From a virus, in the IMG/VR virus record IMGVR_UViG_3300032315_001401, positions 96,001 through 160,000 of that record: 64,000 nt of DNA. One strand, 5' to 3'. Position 1 is the first letter of the stretch, and each line of letters starts with the position of its first letter. Positions 29,102 through 36,896 of the stretch are shown piece by piece. The notes under the pieces were generated by a model. That model made no database searches. It was not told the origin of the DNA and saw nothing but the letters and a program-made list of their open reading frames with translations. A program made the position numbers and the translations under genes.

Positions 29102-29322
29102 TTCTATAAAACCTTTTTTCGTTTTTATATAGGGAAAAAAATTTTTATAATGAGAGTAATAATTAGCTCGCTTCCGTAACACTTTGTAGGTTACAGGGAC
29201 CCATCGATTTTATATACGGGGGGGTTATCTTATAACGCGCCGCCGGCGGGGGCGGGCACAATACCCGGACCCCTGCCAAACACGAACGAATGGCACTGCC
29301 CCTCACGAACAACGCAAGGGGG

Positions 29323-29613
29323 TCAGGCACCCCGACGCTCCAGAGCAGCAGCGCGGCGATCGTTGCGGTACTGATCACGGGCACGGATCATCACTGCCTC
29401 AAGGTCAGCAACCATCACGCTGCCCAACCCTGTGACGCGGGTGATGGTCAGACCCTTACCCGAACCAACGGCGTGGGACGAACCACCGGCAGGCAGATCA
29501 GAATCACGAACGGAACCAATAGCAGCACCCCGCCCGTGTTGAGAGTTACGGCTGAGGGTCTCGCCCTTACGGGGACCGCGACGGGGCAGGCGGGTGACGG
29601 TGTAAACAGTCAT
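29323..29613 (-). CDS. GC-rich early hypothetical protein (96 aa)
   Basis: MTVYTVTRLPRRGPRKGETLSRNSQHGRG..., preceded by a TGCTACAAT extended -10 at 29640-29648. Confidence 0.6.
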   Translation of the reverse strand: MTVYTVTRLPRRGPRKGETLSRNSQHGRGAAIGSVRDSDLPAGGSSHAVGSGKGLTITRVTGLGSVMVADLEAVMIRARDQYRNDRRAAALERRGA

Positions 29614-29662
29614 CGGTTCAGGGGGTGTCGGTTGAGAGTATTGTAGCAGGTCGGCGGAGGGG

Positions 29663-29875
29663 TCACCCCCATTGAGTGCTGCGCCACCCGCTGATGGGGC
29701 AGGGGGCAACGTCACCAGCAAGGGTCTCTGAATACTGGGCGGCGAGGGCAGCGGCAGGCACCCCCCAATGAATGTAGGCGGAGGGGCGGGAACCGTTCTT
29801 CAGTTGGTCAGCACGGGAGATCCACTTGACCTGACGGGTCGCGAGGTCAGAGCAGGCAGCAAGGGGGAAACGCAT
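29663..29875 (-). CDS. GC-rich early hypothetical protein
   Basis: ORF track. Own upstream promoter (TAGAAT at 29903-29908, TTGACC at 29927-29932). Confidence 0.55.
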   Translation of the reverse strand: MRFPLAACSDLATRQVKWISRADQLKNGSRPSAYIHWGVPAAALAAQYSETLAGDVAPCPISGWRSTQWG

Positions 29876-29928
29876 CGGGTGTCGGTTGCGGTTGACTTTG
29901 AAATTCTACAGGGTCAGGTGGGCAGGGG

Positions 29929-30117
29929 TCAATACCCCAACCAGACCAAAAACTCACCGGCATCTACAGGTCCGAATTTGGCGGTCGTCCCGTAGTCGGT
30001 GCGGAAGTCATCCCAGAGGGAATGGTCCTTTGCTGCCTGGCAGGCGGTGCTCCAACGAATGCACCCGTTATCATCGGCGCAGTTCAGGAGCAGGGCAGGG
30101 AAGGTGGCGAAGGTCAT
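29929..30117 (-). CDS. GC-rich early hypothetical protein
   Basis: ORF track. Own TGCTACAAT promoter at 30144-30152. Confidence 0.6.
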   Translation of the reverse strand: MTFATFPALLLNCADDNGCIRWSTACQAAKDHSLWDDFRTDYGTTAKFGPVDAGEFLVWLGY

Positions 30118-30165
30118 CGGTCGGTGTCGGTTGACTTGAGAGTATTGTAGCAGGTCGGGAGGGGG

Positions 30166-30357
30166 TCAACCCTCCCACTCATCCTCTGGGGTCAGCACAC
30201 AGACCAACGATTCCAGATGGCAGCAGTAGCTGTAGTCCTTCCCATGATGGCGGACCTTCCACACTGGGGCACCAGGCAGGTTGGCAGTGTGGGGACTCAT
30301 TTCAATTCGCTCCACACCGTAGGGGGCAAGCATGACCATCGCTTCGGAGATGAGCAT
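30166..30357 (-). CDS. GC-rich early hypothetical protein
   Basis: ORF track. Preceded by the shared leader/promoter GGTTGACTTGAGAGTATTGTAGCAGG. Confidence 0.55.
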   Translation of the reverse strand: MLISEAMVMLAPYGVERIEMSPHTANLPGAPVWKVRHHGKDYSYCCHLESLVCVLTPEDEWEG

Positions 30358-30404
30358 CGGAGGGGGGGTTGGTTGACTTGAGAGTATTGTAGCAGGTCAG
30401 GGGG

Positions 30405-30590
30405 TCACTGCCCGTCTGTGTAGTCTCCGATGATGACCCCGTTGCAGCGGACCTGGGCGTACCCGTACTCCTCAGACAGGGAGAGGCAGAGGTCCCATGC
30501 GCGGTCCTCATCGGTGGTCGTGTTCTCCCAGGGAGCGGAAGGGCAGATAACGTCGTAGCGGGTCATGAGGTCGTTTGCTTTGGTTCCCAT
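30405..30590 (-). CDS. GC-rich early hypothetical protein
   Basis: ORF track. MTRYDVICPSAPWENTT...YGYAQVRCNGVIIGDY. Confidence 0.55.
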   Translation of the reverse strand: MGTKANDLMTRYDVICPSAPWENTTTDEDRAWDLCLSLSEEYGYAQVRCNGVIIGDYTDGQ

Positions 30591-30635
30591 AGTGTAAACC
30601 CCCCACCCGCGTCAGCAGGCAGGGGGTGTGCGGTT

Positions 30636-30776
30636 TCAGAATTGGACCTCCTGCAGGGTCGGGGCGTCAGCAGGCGCAGCATCCCCAGATTCAGCGGTCA
30701 GGGTCTCCAGAATCTGCAGCAGTTCGGCGCCATTAGCAGCGCGATTCAGCAGGGCAACGGCAAGGTCAGCGGTCAT
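30636..30776 (-). CDS. Early hypothetical protein (46 aa)
   Basis: MTADLAVALLNRAANGAELLQILETLTAE... Confidence 0.5.
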   Translation of the reverse strand: MTADLAVALLNRAANGAELLQILETLTAESGDAAPADAPTLQEVQF

Positions 30777-30842
30777 GGTTGAAATAGGGTTGAGGTTTGC
30801 TGGGCGTCTTTCAGGGCGCACCCGCTCCCGTATTGTATCAGG

Positions 30843-31004
30843 TCAGCGGGCGAACTGTGCCAGACTGCTGGGAGCGACGTGAGCAGGCGACCCGCAGGAC
30901 CGGTAGAAGTCTACCATGCTCTGTGCTTCCTCCAGGGTGGGGAACCACTGGGAGCGCCACTCGCAAGCGTTGTAGGGGGTCTGGTAGCGGACTTCGATTC
31001 GCAT
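30843..31004 (-). CDS. Conserved cyanophage early protein (53 aa)
   Basis: MRIEVRYQTPYNACEWRSQWFPTLEEAQSMVDFYRSCGSP..., with its own TGCTAGAAT promoter at 31028-31036. Confidence 0.6.
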   Translation of the reverse strand: MRIEVRYQTPYNACEWRSQWFPTLEEAQSMVDFYRSCGSPAHVAPSSLAQFAR

Positions 31005-31317
31005 GGGGTTGGTTGCGTTGTGAGAGAATTCTAGCAGATCAGGGGCAGGGGTCAACCTGCCCCGTAGGGGGTCAGCGGATCACCTTGACCACTTCGCCCT
31101 TGTGGCGAATCACGATGGAGGTGAAGGAGGGGTGGAACCCCTTGGCGCTGCGAACGGCACCTGCCAGGGAGGTGCAGTGGGTCATGCAGGATGCTGCATC
31201 GGGGGTGGAAGCAGCAACAACGGTGAAGTCGCGGGTCTTGGTGGTTGCCATGGGGTGGGGTTGTGAACTGAGAGAATTCTAGCAGGTCAGGGGGTCGGGT
31301 GTGACCCCCCAGCGGGT

Positions 31318-31578
31318 TTAGAAGTCGAACACGTCGCCGTTGATTTCAGCGCGGTTGACTTTAGGGTCGTCCCACTTCACACCGTCCGGGGTCTCTTTGG
31401 TGCCAAATTGATAGAATGCCTCCAGCAGTTCTTCATAGCAGCAGACATCATTTTCCTGAATGAAGTTATGAATGCTCTCATCATTCTCAATCCAGAGCAC
31501 AACATTCCAGGTCTCATAATTGGTCCAACCGTTGTAGGTTTGGTCGGTGAGGCAGGTCTGGTAGGTAGTGGCAGGCAT
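31318..31578 (-). CDS. Conserved phage protein with YNGWxNxETW motif
   Basis: TYNGWTNYETWNVVLWIENDE is a widespread phage family signature. Promoter cassette upstream. Confidence 0.7.
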   Translation of the reverse strand: MPATTYQTCLTDQTYNGWTNYETWNVVLWIENDESIHNFIQENDVCCYEELLEAFYQFGTKETPDGVKWDDPKVNRAEINGDVFDF

Positions 31579-31651
31579 TGGTTTGTCTGTGGTTGACTTG
31601 TTAATTGTAAGGGGTCAGGTGGGGGGTTGGTGCCCCCCTTGTGCCAGTTCG

Positions 31652-31837
31652 TCAGGCGGCACACAGGGCAGAGTCCATGCAGACCTCGCGGGTCTCCACC
31701 AGCACGTAGTCTACTGCAATCTGCTGCTCCAGCTCATGAGCGTAGGCGTCAGCAGCAGAGCGGCAATCGAACAGGCGAAGGGTGCTAAAGTCCTGCCCTT
31801 CATAGTCGGCACCAGCGATGACAGCGTAGACTTGCAT
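31652..31837 (-). CDS. Early hypothetical protein
   Basis: ORF track. Flanked on both sides by promoter cassettes. Confidence 0.6.
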   Translation of the reverse strand: MQVYAVIAGADYEGQDFSTLRLFDCRSAADAYAHELEQQIAVDYVLVETREVCMDSALCAA

Positions 31838-31913
31838 GGGTTGCTCCGTTTGGTTGACTTGTTAATTGTAAAGGGTCAGGGTGGGGTCTGTGGGGTGGTA
31901 GTGTGCCACCTTA

Positions 31914-32810
31914 TCAACTGGCACACTGGAAGCGCCCGCTGTTGAAATTATGGTATGAAAAGACCTCACGGTTCACCAGTTTGAACATACCAAACTCATT
32001 GGTCATGACATAACCTTCAGCATCAATCCTCTCCTGCCCGATGTAAGCGGCAGGACCATCATTGCGGCACAGATAGAGACAATCATCTTTGATCGACTTT
32101 ACCAGTGCCCACAATCCAAGCAGGTTAGGATCGCAGTCGAATTCAGTATTCACAACAGGACGATTCTCACGAATGCAGGCATTCAGTTGTTGCTTGATCT
32201 TTGCTGCCTCTTTATCAGTCACAAACTTCACCGCAAGTGCCATCACCCGTGCAAACTTGCAGACCTCTTCAACATCAGCGAACGATTCTTGCCCGTGCTG
32301 GATGTATGCTTGCGGTTTCACAAATTTGCAGTAGTGTGTATCAGTGATGATAAAGTTCATCGGGTGAGCAACAGCATCACGCAAATCATTCTCTGCCACG
32401 TAGACAGTGTGAGGGGCAACAATAATCTCCTGATAGACTACTTCAGGAAACTTGTAAGTGATCGTGTTGGGAGTATACTCATCGCTATCACCAAACCCAA
32501 TAAAATCACCTTGAATGATACCATTTGTGCGAGGAAGATAATCAAAGCAAGCGTGAAGAATACGCGCAACTTCACCCTGATAGAATGCATCAATCTCTTC
32601 ATGATTGTGAGCGATACGAATCTTTTTCTTGTTAAAGACCGCTTTGGTTCCTACAAAGAACTCACCGCAGGCAGGGTCAATACCCCAGACAATTGCAGGG
32701 GCACCATCAATCTTAACGCTCAAGTTACCAGGATTGACGAACCAATCCAGAACAGAAAGGTCACCCGTGAGGATAGAATCTTCGGGGTGCTCAAGGTGGG
32801 TGTTTTTCAT
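31914..32810 (-). CDS. DUF6267-like protein with a nucleotidyltransferase/RNA-ligase-type KxDG motif
   Basis: MKNTHLEHPED...SVKIDGAPAIVWG...FFVGTKAVFNK, IIQGDFI, EGYV and FKLVNREVFS. Confidence 0.7.
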   Translation of the reverse strand: MKNTHLEHPEDSILTGDLSVLDWFVNPGNLSVKIDGAPAIVWGIDPACGEFFVGTKAVFNKKKIRIAHNHEEIDAFYQGEVARILHACFDYLPRTNGIIQGDFIGFGDSDEYTPNTITYKFPEVVYQEIIVAPHTVYVAENDLRDAVAHPMNFIITDTHYCKFVKPQAYIQHGQESFADVEEVCKFARVMALAVKFVTDKEAAKIKQQLNACIRENRPVVNTEFDCDPNLLGLWALVKSIKDDCLYLCRNDGPAAYIGQERIDAEGYVMTNEFGMFKLVNREVFSYHNFNSGRFQCAS

Positions 32811-32863
32811 GAGACTATTGTAAGGGGTCCTGTGGGGGTCTGGGGTGGGTCTTGTGCCAGTTG

Positions 32864-33073
32864 TCAGGGTGTCACAGACTCTTTAAGTTGCTCCGCAGGA
32901 TAGTTAAAAAGTTTATTAATCCTTTCAACTTCACTCTCAAAAAACTCCATTGCTTCCAAAGGTTCAATGTCATACTTGTCAGCAAGTCTATCAAGTTTCC
33001 ACCGCAGATTATTCATCTCCCAAAGTTGGGTGAGAATGAACAAACGAACTTCGTGCTTTTGTGTGTTTTTCAT
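32864..33073 (-). CDS. Hypothetical protein
   Basis: ORF track; plausible helical protein. Confidence 0.5.
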   Translation of the reverse strand: MKNTQKHEVRLFILTQLWEMNNLRWKLDRLADKYDIEPLEAMEFFESEVERINKLFNYPAEQLKESVTP

Positions 33074-33130
33074 TTCAAATGAGGTGCAATTTGTGTTTGA
33101 AGTTAGGGAGGCATTGTGCCCCCCGATTCT

Positions 33131-33478
33131 TTATGTGAACATGAAACCATTCACAAACTCACTCTCATTGTAGACAGGAGAAGTTCCTGCCTGCCCAATG
33201 AACTTGTGAACGAACCAATCGAAGTTCCGTTGCAACACACATTCGCCCTTGATTCCGTGCTCTTTGAGAATCGCATTCAAACGCGATTTGGTGGTTGCAG
33301 ACTGATAACCACCATCAAAGATTTGCACGAAGTTGTCACCAATGGTAGCAATGTGATTGCCGAACAGAAACACTTTGGACTCTTGAGTTTCAGCGTCAAA
33401 GGTGACTTCAGTGTTGCCAGACTTCCAGTTCAGGGAGTCACGAATGGCAGCATTCATCTGGGTTTCGATCTTGCGCAT
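33131..33478 (-). CDS. Conserved cyanophage early protein
   Basis: MRKIETQMNAAI...SATTKSRLNAIL...QRNFDWFV. Promoter cassette upstream. Confidence 0.7.
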   Translation of the reverse strand: MRKIETQMNAAIRDSLNWKSGNTEVTFDAETQESKVFLFGNHIATIGDNFVQIFDGGYQSATTKSRLNAILKEHGIKGECVLQRNFDWFVHKFIGQAGTSPVYNESEFVNGFMFT

Positions 33479-33875
33479 TTGGGGGTTTCCCTCTCAACAA
33501 AGGTAGTATGGACCAGATTGGGGGGAATCGCAACCCCCCTTGTGCCACTTTCCCAGGTGTCACAATCCCAATAGGTATTGAGCATACTCTACAGCATCTT
33601 CACGCTTTTTGAATCTTGCCGGAAATCCACTGTAACGAAGTTGACGATACTTAAACTTTCGTTCAGAATTTACAATAACATCGTTAGAATAGATCCAAAG
33701 TTCCCAACGACCTTGAGAATCATCTTTGTTGATTTTTTTATTTTTATTGGTGATGTAGGGTCTTTGGATGTGCCCTTTTTTGGTGGTTTGGTTGACGATC
33801 ATGAGATGCAGTGTCTCAAGGACGAATGTAATTTATCAGGCTCGGGGGGAATCGCAACCCCCCTTGTGCCAGTTC

Positions 33876-34061
33876 CTAGACTGTCACATCCTCCAGCAGT
33901 TCGGGATAGTATTCACGAACCTCTGTAATCAGTTCGTCTTCATTGTATTTGTCGTAATTTTCCATCAGATAATCATAACAAAGACCCACCAAAGTTTCCA
34001 TGTCCATGCCATCAATAATTTGCTGGACCAGGTGATTTTGAAGTTCAGAACGGTTCATCAA
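33876..34061 (-). CDS. Small acidic hypothetical protein
   Basis: MMNRSELQNHLVQQIIDGMDMETLV...YYPELLED. Confidence 0.6.
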   Translation of the reverse strand: MMNRSELQNHLVQQIIDGMDMETLVGLCYDYLMENYDKYNEDELITEVREYYPELLEDVTV

Positions 34062-34651
34062 TTGTCTCCAAAGTTGTTAGAAAGAAAGTCTTCAAGTTCA
34101 GTGAGTTTGCTCTCACTCATGTTCCAAATATATTCACTGATAACAGTATCCAAAAGGTCAGCATCTTCACGACACTTCTCTTTCAAAAACCACTCAAGTT
34201 CGGTTCGGTTAGTCATCTAAACAGTGGCGGTAGGTTTGATTCAGGCGAATGAGAATGTCATCCCAGAACTCTTTGTCCTCATCATCATTGTATTGGTTGT
34301 TATCTTCAACCAAACGAATCAGATTGTTGAGGTCATCAGGGGTGAGATAGTTCATTCAGCACCCTCCAACATTTCGAGCAGAGTATCATAAAGCACGGCA
34401 ACATCTGTGCCCACAATCTCATTCAGTTCTGCTTCAGATTCATCATCGGCAAACGATTCAGTGTGAAACTCAATGAACCTACGAAGAGCATCAATCTGCT
34501 CAAAGGTGAGGGTAGTTTGAGTCATTTACGAAGAGGAGAATTGTAGTAACGACGAAAAGCAGTGAGAAGAATAATGCCCGTTGAAACAACACCAACCAAA
34601 CCAAGGAAGGTGACAGCATCTCCAGTGAAAGTGTAAGTGTCAGGATTCATT

Positions 34652-34777
34652 TCAGTAATCATAATTTGCGTTCAGGTATTCATTGACATCGAACTTCTCA
34701 TCACGAAGTTCGGGAATGTCAAGGTCGAAGATCTCCCCGGGAGCATCTTGAATCTCACTCCAGAGTTCATCAAACAT
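34652..34777 (-). CDS. Very acidic micro-protein (41 aa, not in ORF track)
   Basis: MFDELWSEIQDAPGEIFDLDIPELRDEKFDVNEYLNANYDY, first gene after the cassette at 34839. Confidence 0.6.
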   Translation of the reverse strand: MFDELWSEIQDAPGEIFDLDIPELRDEKFDVNEYLNANYDY

Positions 34778-34856
34778 GGTCTGTCTCTCAGGGACGAATG
34801 TAATTTATCAGGGTTTGGTCAGGGTCGCAAGGGGTCTTGTGCCACCTTGTCAACTG

Positions 34857-35045
34857 TCACATCATATCACCCTCAGCGATCAAACCCATGATCTCCCTTG
34901 CCGTAGCAGCAAAGTTAATGTGATCTTCCAAACCTTCTTTGGAGTATACTTCAAAGAGATCAGTTTCCCGATAAGTATCAAGAATCAACTGGCAAGCATC
35001 ATAAAGTGCTGCGACGTTATGTTGACGGGTTGGGAAGGAAATCAT
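34857..35045 (-). CDS. Hypothetical protein
   Basis: ORF track; first gene after the cassette at 35105. Confidence 0.55.
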   Translation of the reverse strand: MISFPTRQHNVAALYDACQLILDTYRETDLFEVYSKEGLEDHINFAATAREIMGLIAEGDMM

Positions 35046-35127
35046 CGAATTTCTCAGCGACGAATGTAAATTATCAGGAATTTACCCCCAGCGCAAGGGG
35101 GTTTGTGCCACTTCGAGAACTGTCACA

Positions 35128-35280
35128 CTAGACGAAGATATCGACCTCTTTGATGCTAACATCGACATCTTCGTCACCTTCGAGTTCTAATACTCTGCGC
35201 CAATTAATATCCTCAAGATCTAAATCATCATAACACTCTACATCTAGAGTAACACGTACTAGGCGTTTGTGTGCTATCAT
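35128..35280 (-). CDS. Acidic micro-protein (50 aa, not in ORF track)
   Basis: MIAHKRLVRVTLDVECYDDLDLEDINWRRVLELEGDEDVDVSIKEVDIFV. Confidence 0.6.
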   Translation of the reverse strand: MIAHKRLVRVTLDVECYDDLDLEDINWRRVLELEGDEDVDVSIKEVDIFV

Positions 35281-35286
35281 GATATA

Positions 35287-35427
35287 TTATGCATAATGCC
35301 TGTATGCTAGGTCCTGATAATCATGTGTGTCTCGTGCATAATCATCATCTAGATCTAGTGTATAATGCTCATCTAGATCCGCGTAATCGTTCGTGTATGT
35401 GTAGTCGAAATCGTAATCGTCGTACAT
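35287..35427 (-). CDS. Asp/Tyr-rich micro-protein (46 aa)
   Basis: MYDDYDFDYTYTNDYADLDEHYTLDLDDDYARDTHDYQDLAYRHYA. Upstream promoter TTGCAA-18-TATAAT with extended TG (35459-35488). Confidence 0.55.
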   Translation of the reverse strand: MYDDYDFDYTYTNDYADLDEHYTLDLDDDYARDTHDYQDLAYRHYA

Positions 35428-35429
35428 AG

Positions 35430-35644
35430 CTCGTCGAGATCGTGTGAGTGACTTGTGTATTATAGCATAGAGCTCGACGAGATTGCAATAGGTATGCACA
35501 TATCTCGACGAGATTCGTATGGTAGTATATATGAATCTAGATGCTTCTAGATGGGTCTCGACTAGATTATATGAGAATCTCGTAACATAATGCCTCGTCG
35601 AGATTCTATCATACTTTCATAAGAATGTCAAGTCTCGTCTAGAT
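35430..35644. repeat. Six copies of the quasi-palindrome CTCGWCKAGAT
   Basis: Copies at 35430, 35473, 35504, 35557, 35594 and 35634 in largely non-coding DNA. Confidence 0.9.
35603..35631 (-). promoter_or_regulatory. sigma70-type promoter TTGACA-17-TAGAAT with extended TG
   Basis: tgtcaa at 35626-35631 and attcta at 35603-35608 on the plus strand. Confidence 0.7.
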
Positions 35645-35680
35645 TTTATGAGGGTCTGTGAATTTTTATGGGGGCGGGGG

Positions 35681-35709
35681 TTGACAAACTGCGAGTCTTA
35701 TGCTACGCT
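35681..35709 (+). promoter_or_regulatory. Plus-strand sigma70-type promoter TTGACA-17-TACGCT with extended TG, divergent from the 35603-35631 promoter
   Basis: TTGACA at 35681-35686, TG at 35701-35702, TACGCT at 35704-35709. No plus-strand gene follows. Confidence 0.6.
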
Positions 35710-35735
35710 CGCTTAGCTCACAAGACCTGGAGGGG

Positions 35736-35895
35736 TTTATAAGCATTTAAGACACAAAAACCCGGACACATTTATAAGCACTTATAAGCATTTAAGACAA
35801 AGTTTTCCACACAAATACAATACTTTTCCACAGGTTTTCCACAACTAAACAAAATACACTTATATATTTTTTAATACATTTTTTTAATTAATTTA
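35736..35895 (+). other. Candidate replication origin: TTATAAGCA/TTTAAGACA repeats, three TTTTCCACA boxes and an AT-rich tract
   Basis: TTATAAGCA at 35737, 35772 and 35782. TTTTCCACA at 35803, 35824 and 35835. A near-pure A/T run follows to about 35895. Confidence 0.55.
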
Positions 35896-36081
35896 ACCTT
35901 TTTTATCCTTTCTTTCTTGTGCTGCTGTCTGTGCTAAATGAATATTTGTATGAAGACGTTGTAGATTTGCATAACGATTATGCTGACGTGTGATAACAGA
36001 GTTTGCTTTAATTCTTGCAGCATTAACATTTGACTGCTGTGATGTAGGAATCTGTTCCATGAATTGAAAGAACGTCTTCAT
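35893..36081 (-). CDS. Hypothetical protein (MKTFxQFxE type)
   Basis: Likely start 36081. A CTAAATA late-type promoter lies at 36105-36111. Confidence 0.5.
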   Translation of the reverse strand: MKTFFQFMEQIPTSQQSNVNAARIKANSVITRQHNRYANLQRLHTNIHLAQTAAQERKDKKG

Positions 36082-36283
36082 TGCTATACTTAAGACTGTA
36101 ATGATATTTAGAATCTGGTTGATTATCATTCCAATGTCTTACCACTCCTGCAATAATAAAAGCATTAGTAATCAAATAAGATGCAAAGATGAATGTTCGA
36201 ATCAATGCTATCTTATCTGACTCCTTATTACATTTGGATGCTTTCTCTCCTAATGCTTTTGCCCACAGTCTCCACAACTTCAT
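36023..36283 (-). CDS. Conserved cyanophage membrane protein
   Basis: MKLWRLWAKALGEKA...DKIALIRTFIFASYLITNAFIIAGVVRHWN, one transmembrane segment. Confidence 0.65.
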   Translation of the reverse strand: MKLWRLWAKALGEKASKCNKESDKIALIRTFIFASYLITNAFIIAGVVRHWNDNQPDSKYHYSLKYSNEDVLSIHGTDSYITAVKC

Positions 36284-36468
36284 TTATCAGATTCTTTTAA
36301 AAGTTTAACTTGATTCCATTGACTCTTATACACCAACACACAAGTATCATTCACTCTGTAATCACCAACTCTTACGCAGATTGAAATGTATTCATCACAG
36401 ATAAATCGGACTTCACCAATCCAATCCCTATACTGAACAACAATACCTTCACTGAAAGTTGGTCTCAT
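36280..36468 (-). CDS. Conserved cyanophage hypothetical protein
   Basis: ORF track; overlapping start/stop with its neighbours. Confidence 0.6.
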   Translation of the reverse strand: MRPTFSEGIVVQYRDWIGEVRFICDEYISICVRVGDYRVNDTCVLVYKSQWNQVKLLKESDK

Positions 36469-36749
36469 ACAAATGCTGCTGTTAATGGAGTTTGTTTCAG
36501 TTGCATTGCTGTATAAGGAGTTGTGTCTTTTGGATTTATACGCTTACCAATGGTCTTACTATTAATGGGGGAGAAATACTCTTTTGTTTTGGTGTTGTAA
36601 AATCCCCAGATACATTTAACAGGTTTGCCAAGATTATAATCAAAGCACCGATCATAACAAATCCAAATCGCGGTGACATTGCGCTTGAAATCTTCATATT
36701 CATAATGCATTCCTTTTGGTGCTTTGTGAGGAAATTCAATCGTTGTCAT
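36465..36749 (-). CDS. Conserved cyanophage hypothetical protein
   Basis: MTTIEFPHKAPKGMHYEYEDFKRNVTAIW...IWGFY...TTPYTAM. Confidence 0.65.
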   Translation of the reverse strand: MTTIEFPHKAPKGMHYEYEDFKRNVTAIWICYDRCFDYNLGKPVKCIWGFYNTKTKEYFSPINSKTIGKRINPKDTTPYTAMQLKQTPLTAAFV

Positions 36750-36896
36750 AAACTGCACGAAGATACTTGGGATTGGTGCCGGCAGCAACATAGTGTTGGA
36801 GCATTGAGTCACATTGCTCCTTTGTCAGTTTCTTGGCATCTTCCTCAATCAGTTCCCAACCATGAGAAAACAATTCTTCAATACGATACAGTTGTG

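Noticed and set aside
29174-29198. Possible NtcA or HLR1 site in GTAACACTTTGTAGGTTAC
   Set aside because: The GTA-to-TAC spacing is not N8, and each HLR1 octamer would match only 6/8.
35430-35644. Reading the CTCGWCKAGAT repeats as a CRISPR mini-array
   Set aside because: The unit is only 11 nt and degenerate, spacing is irregular (31-53 nt), the intervening DNA contains promoters, and no cas genes are present.
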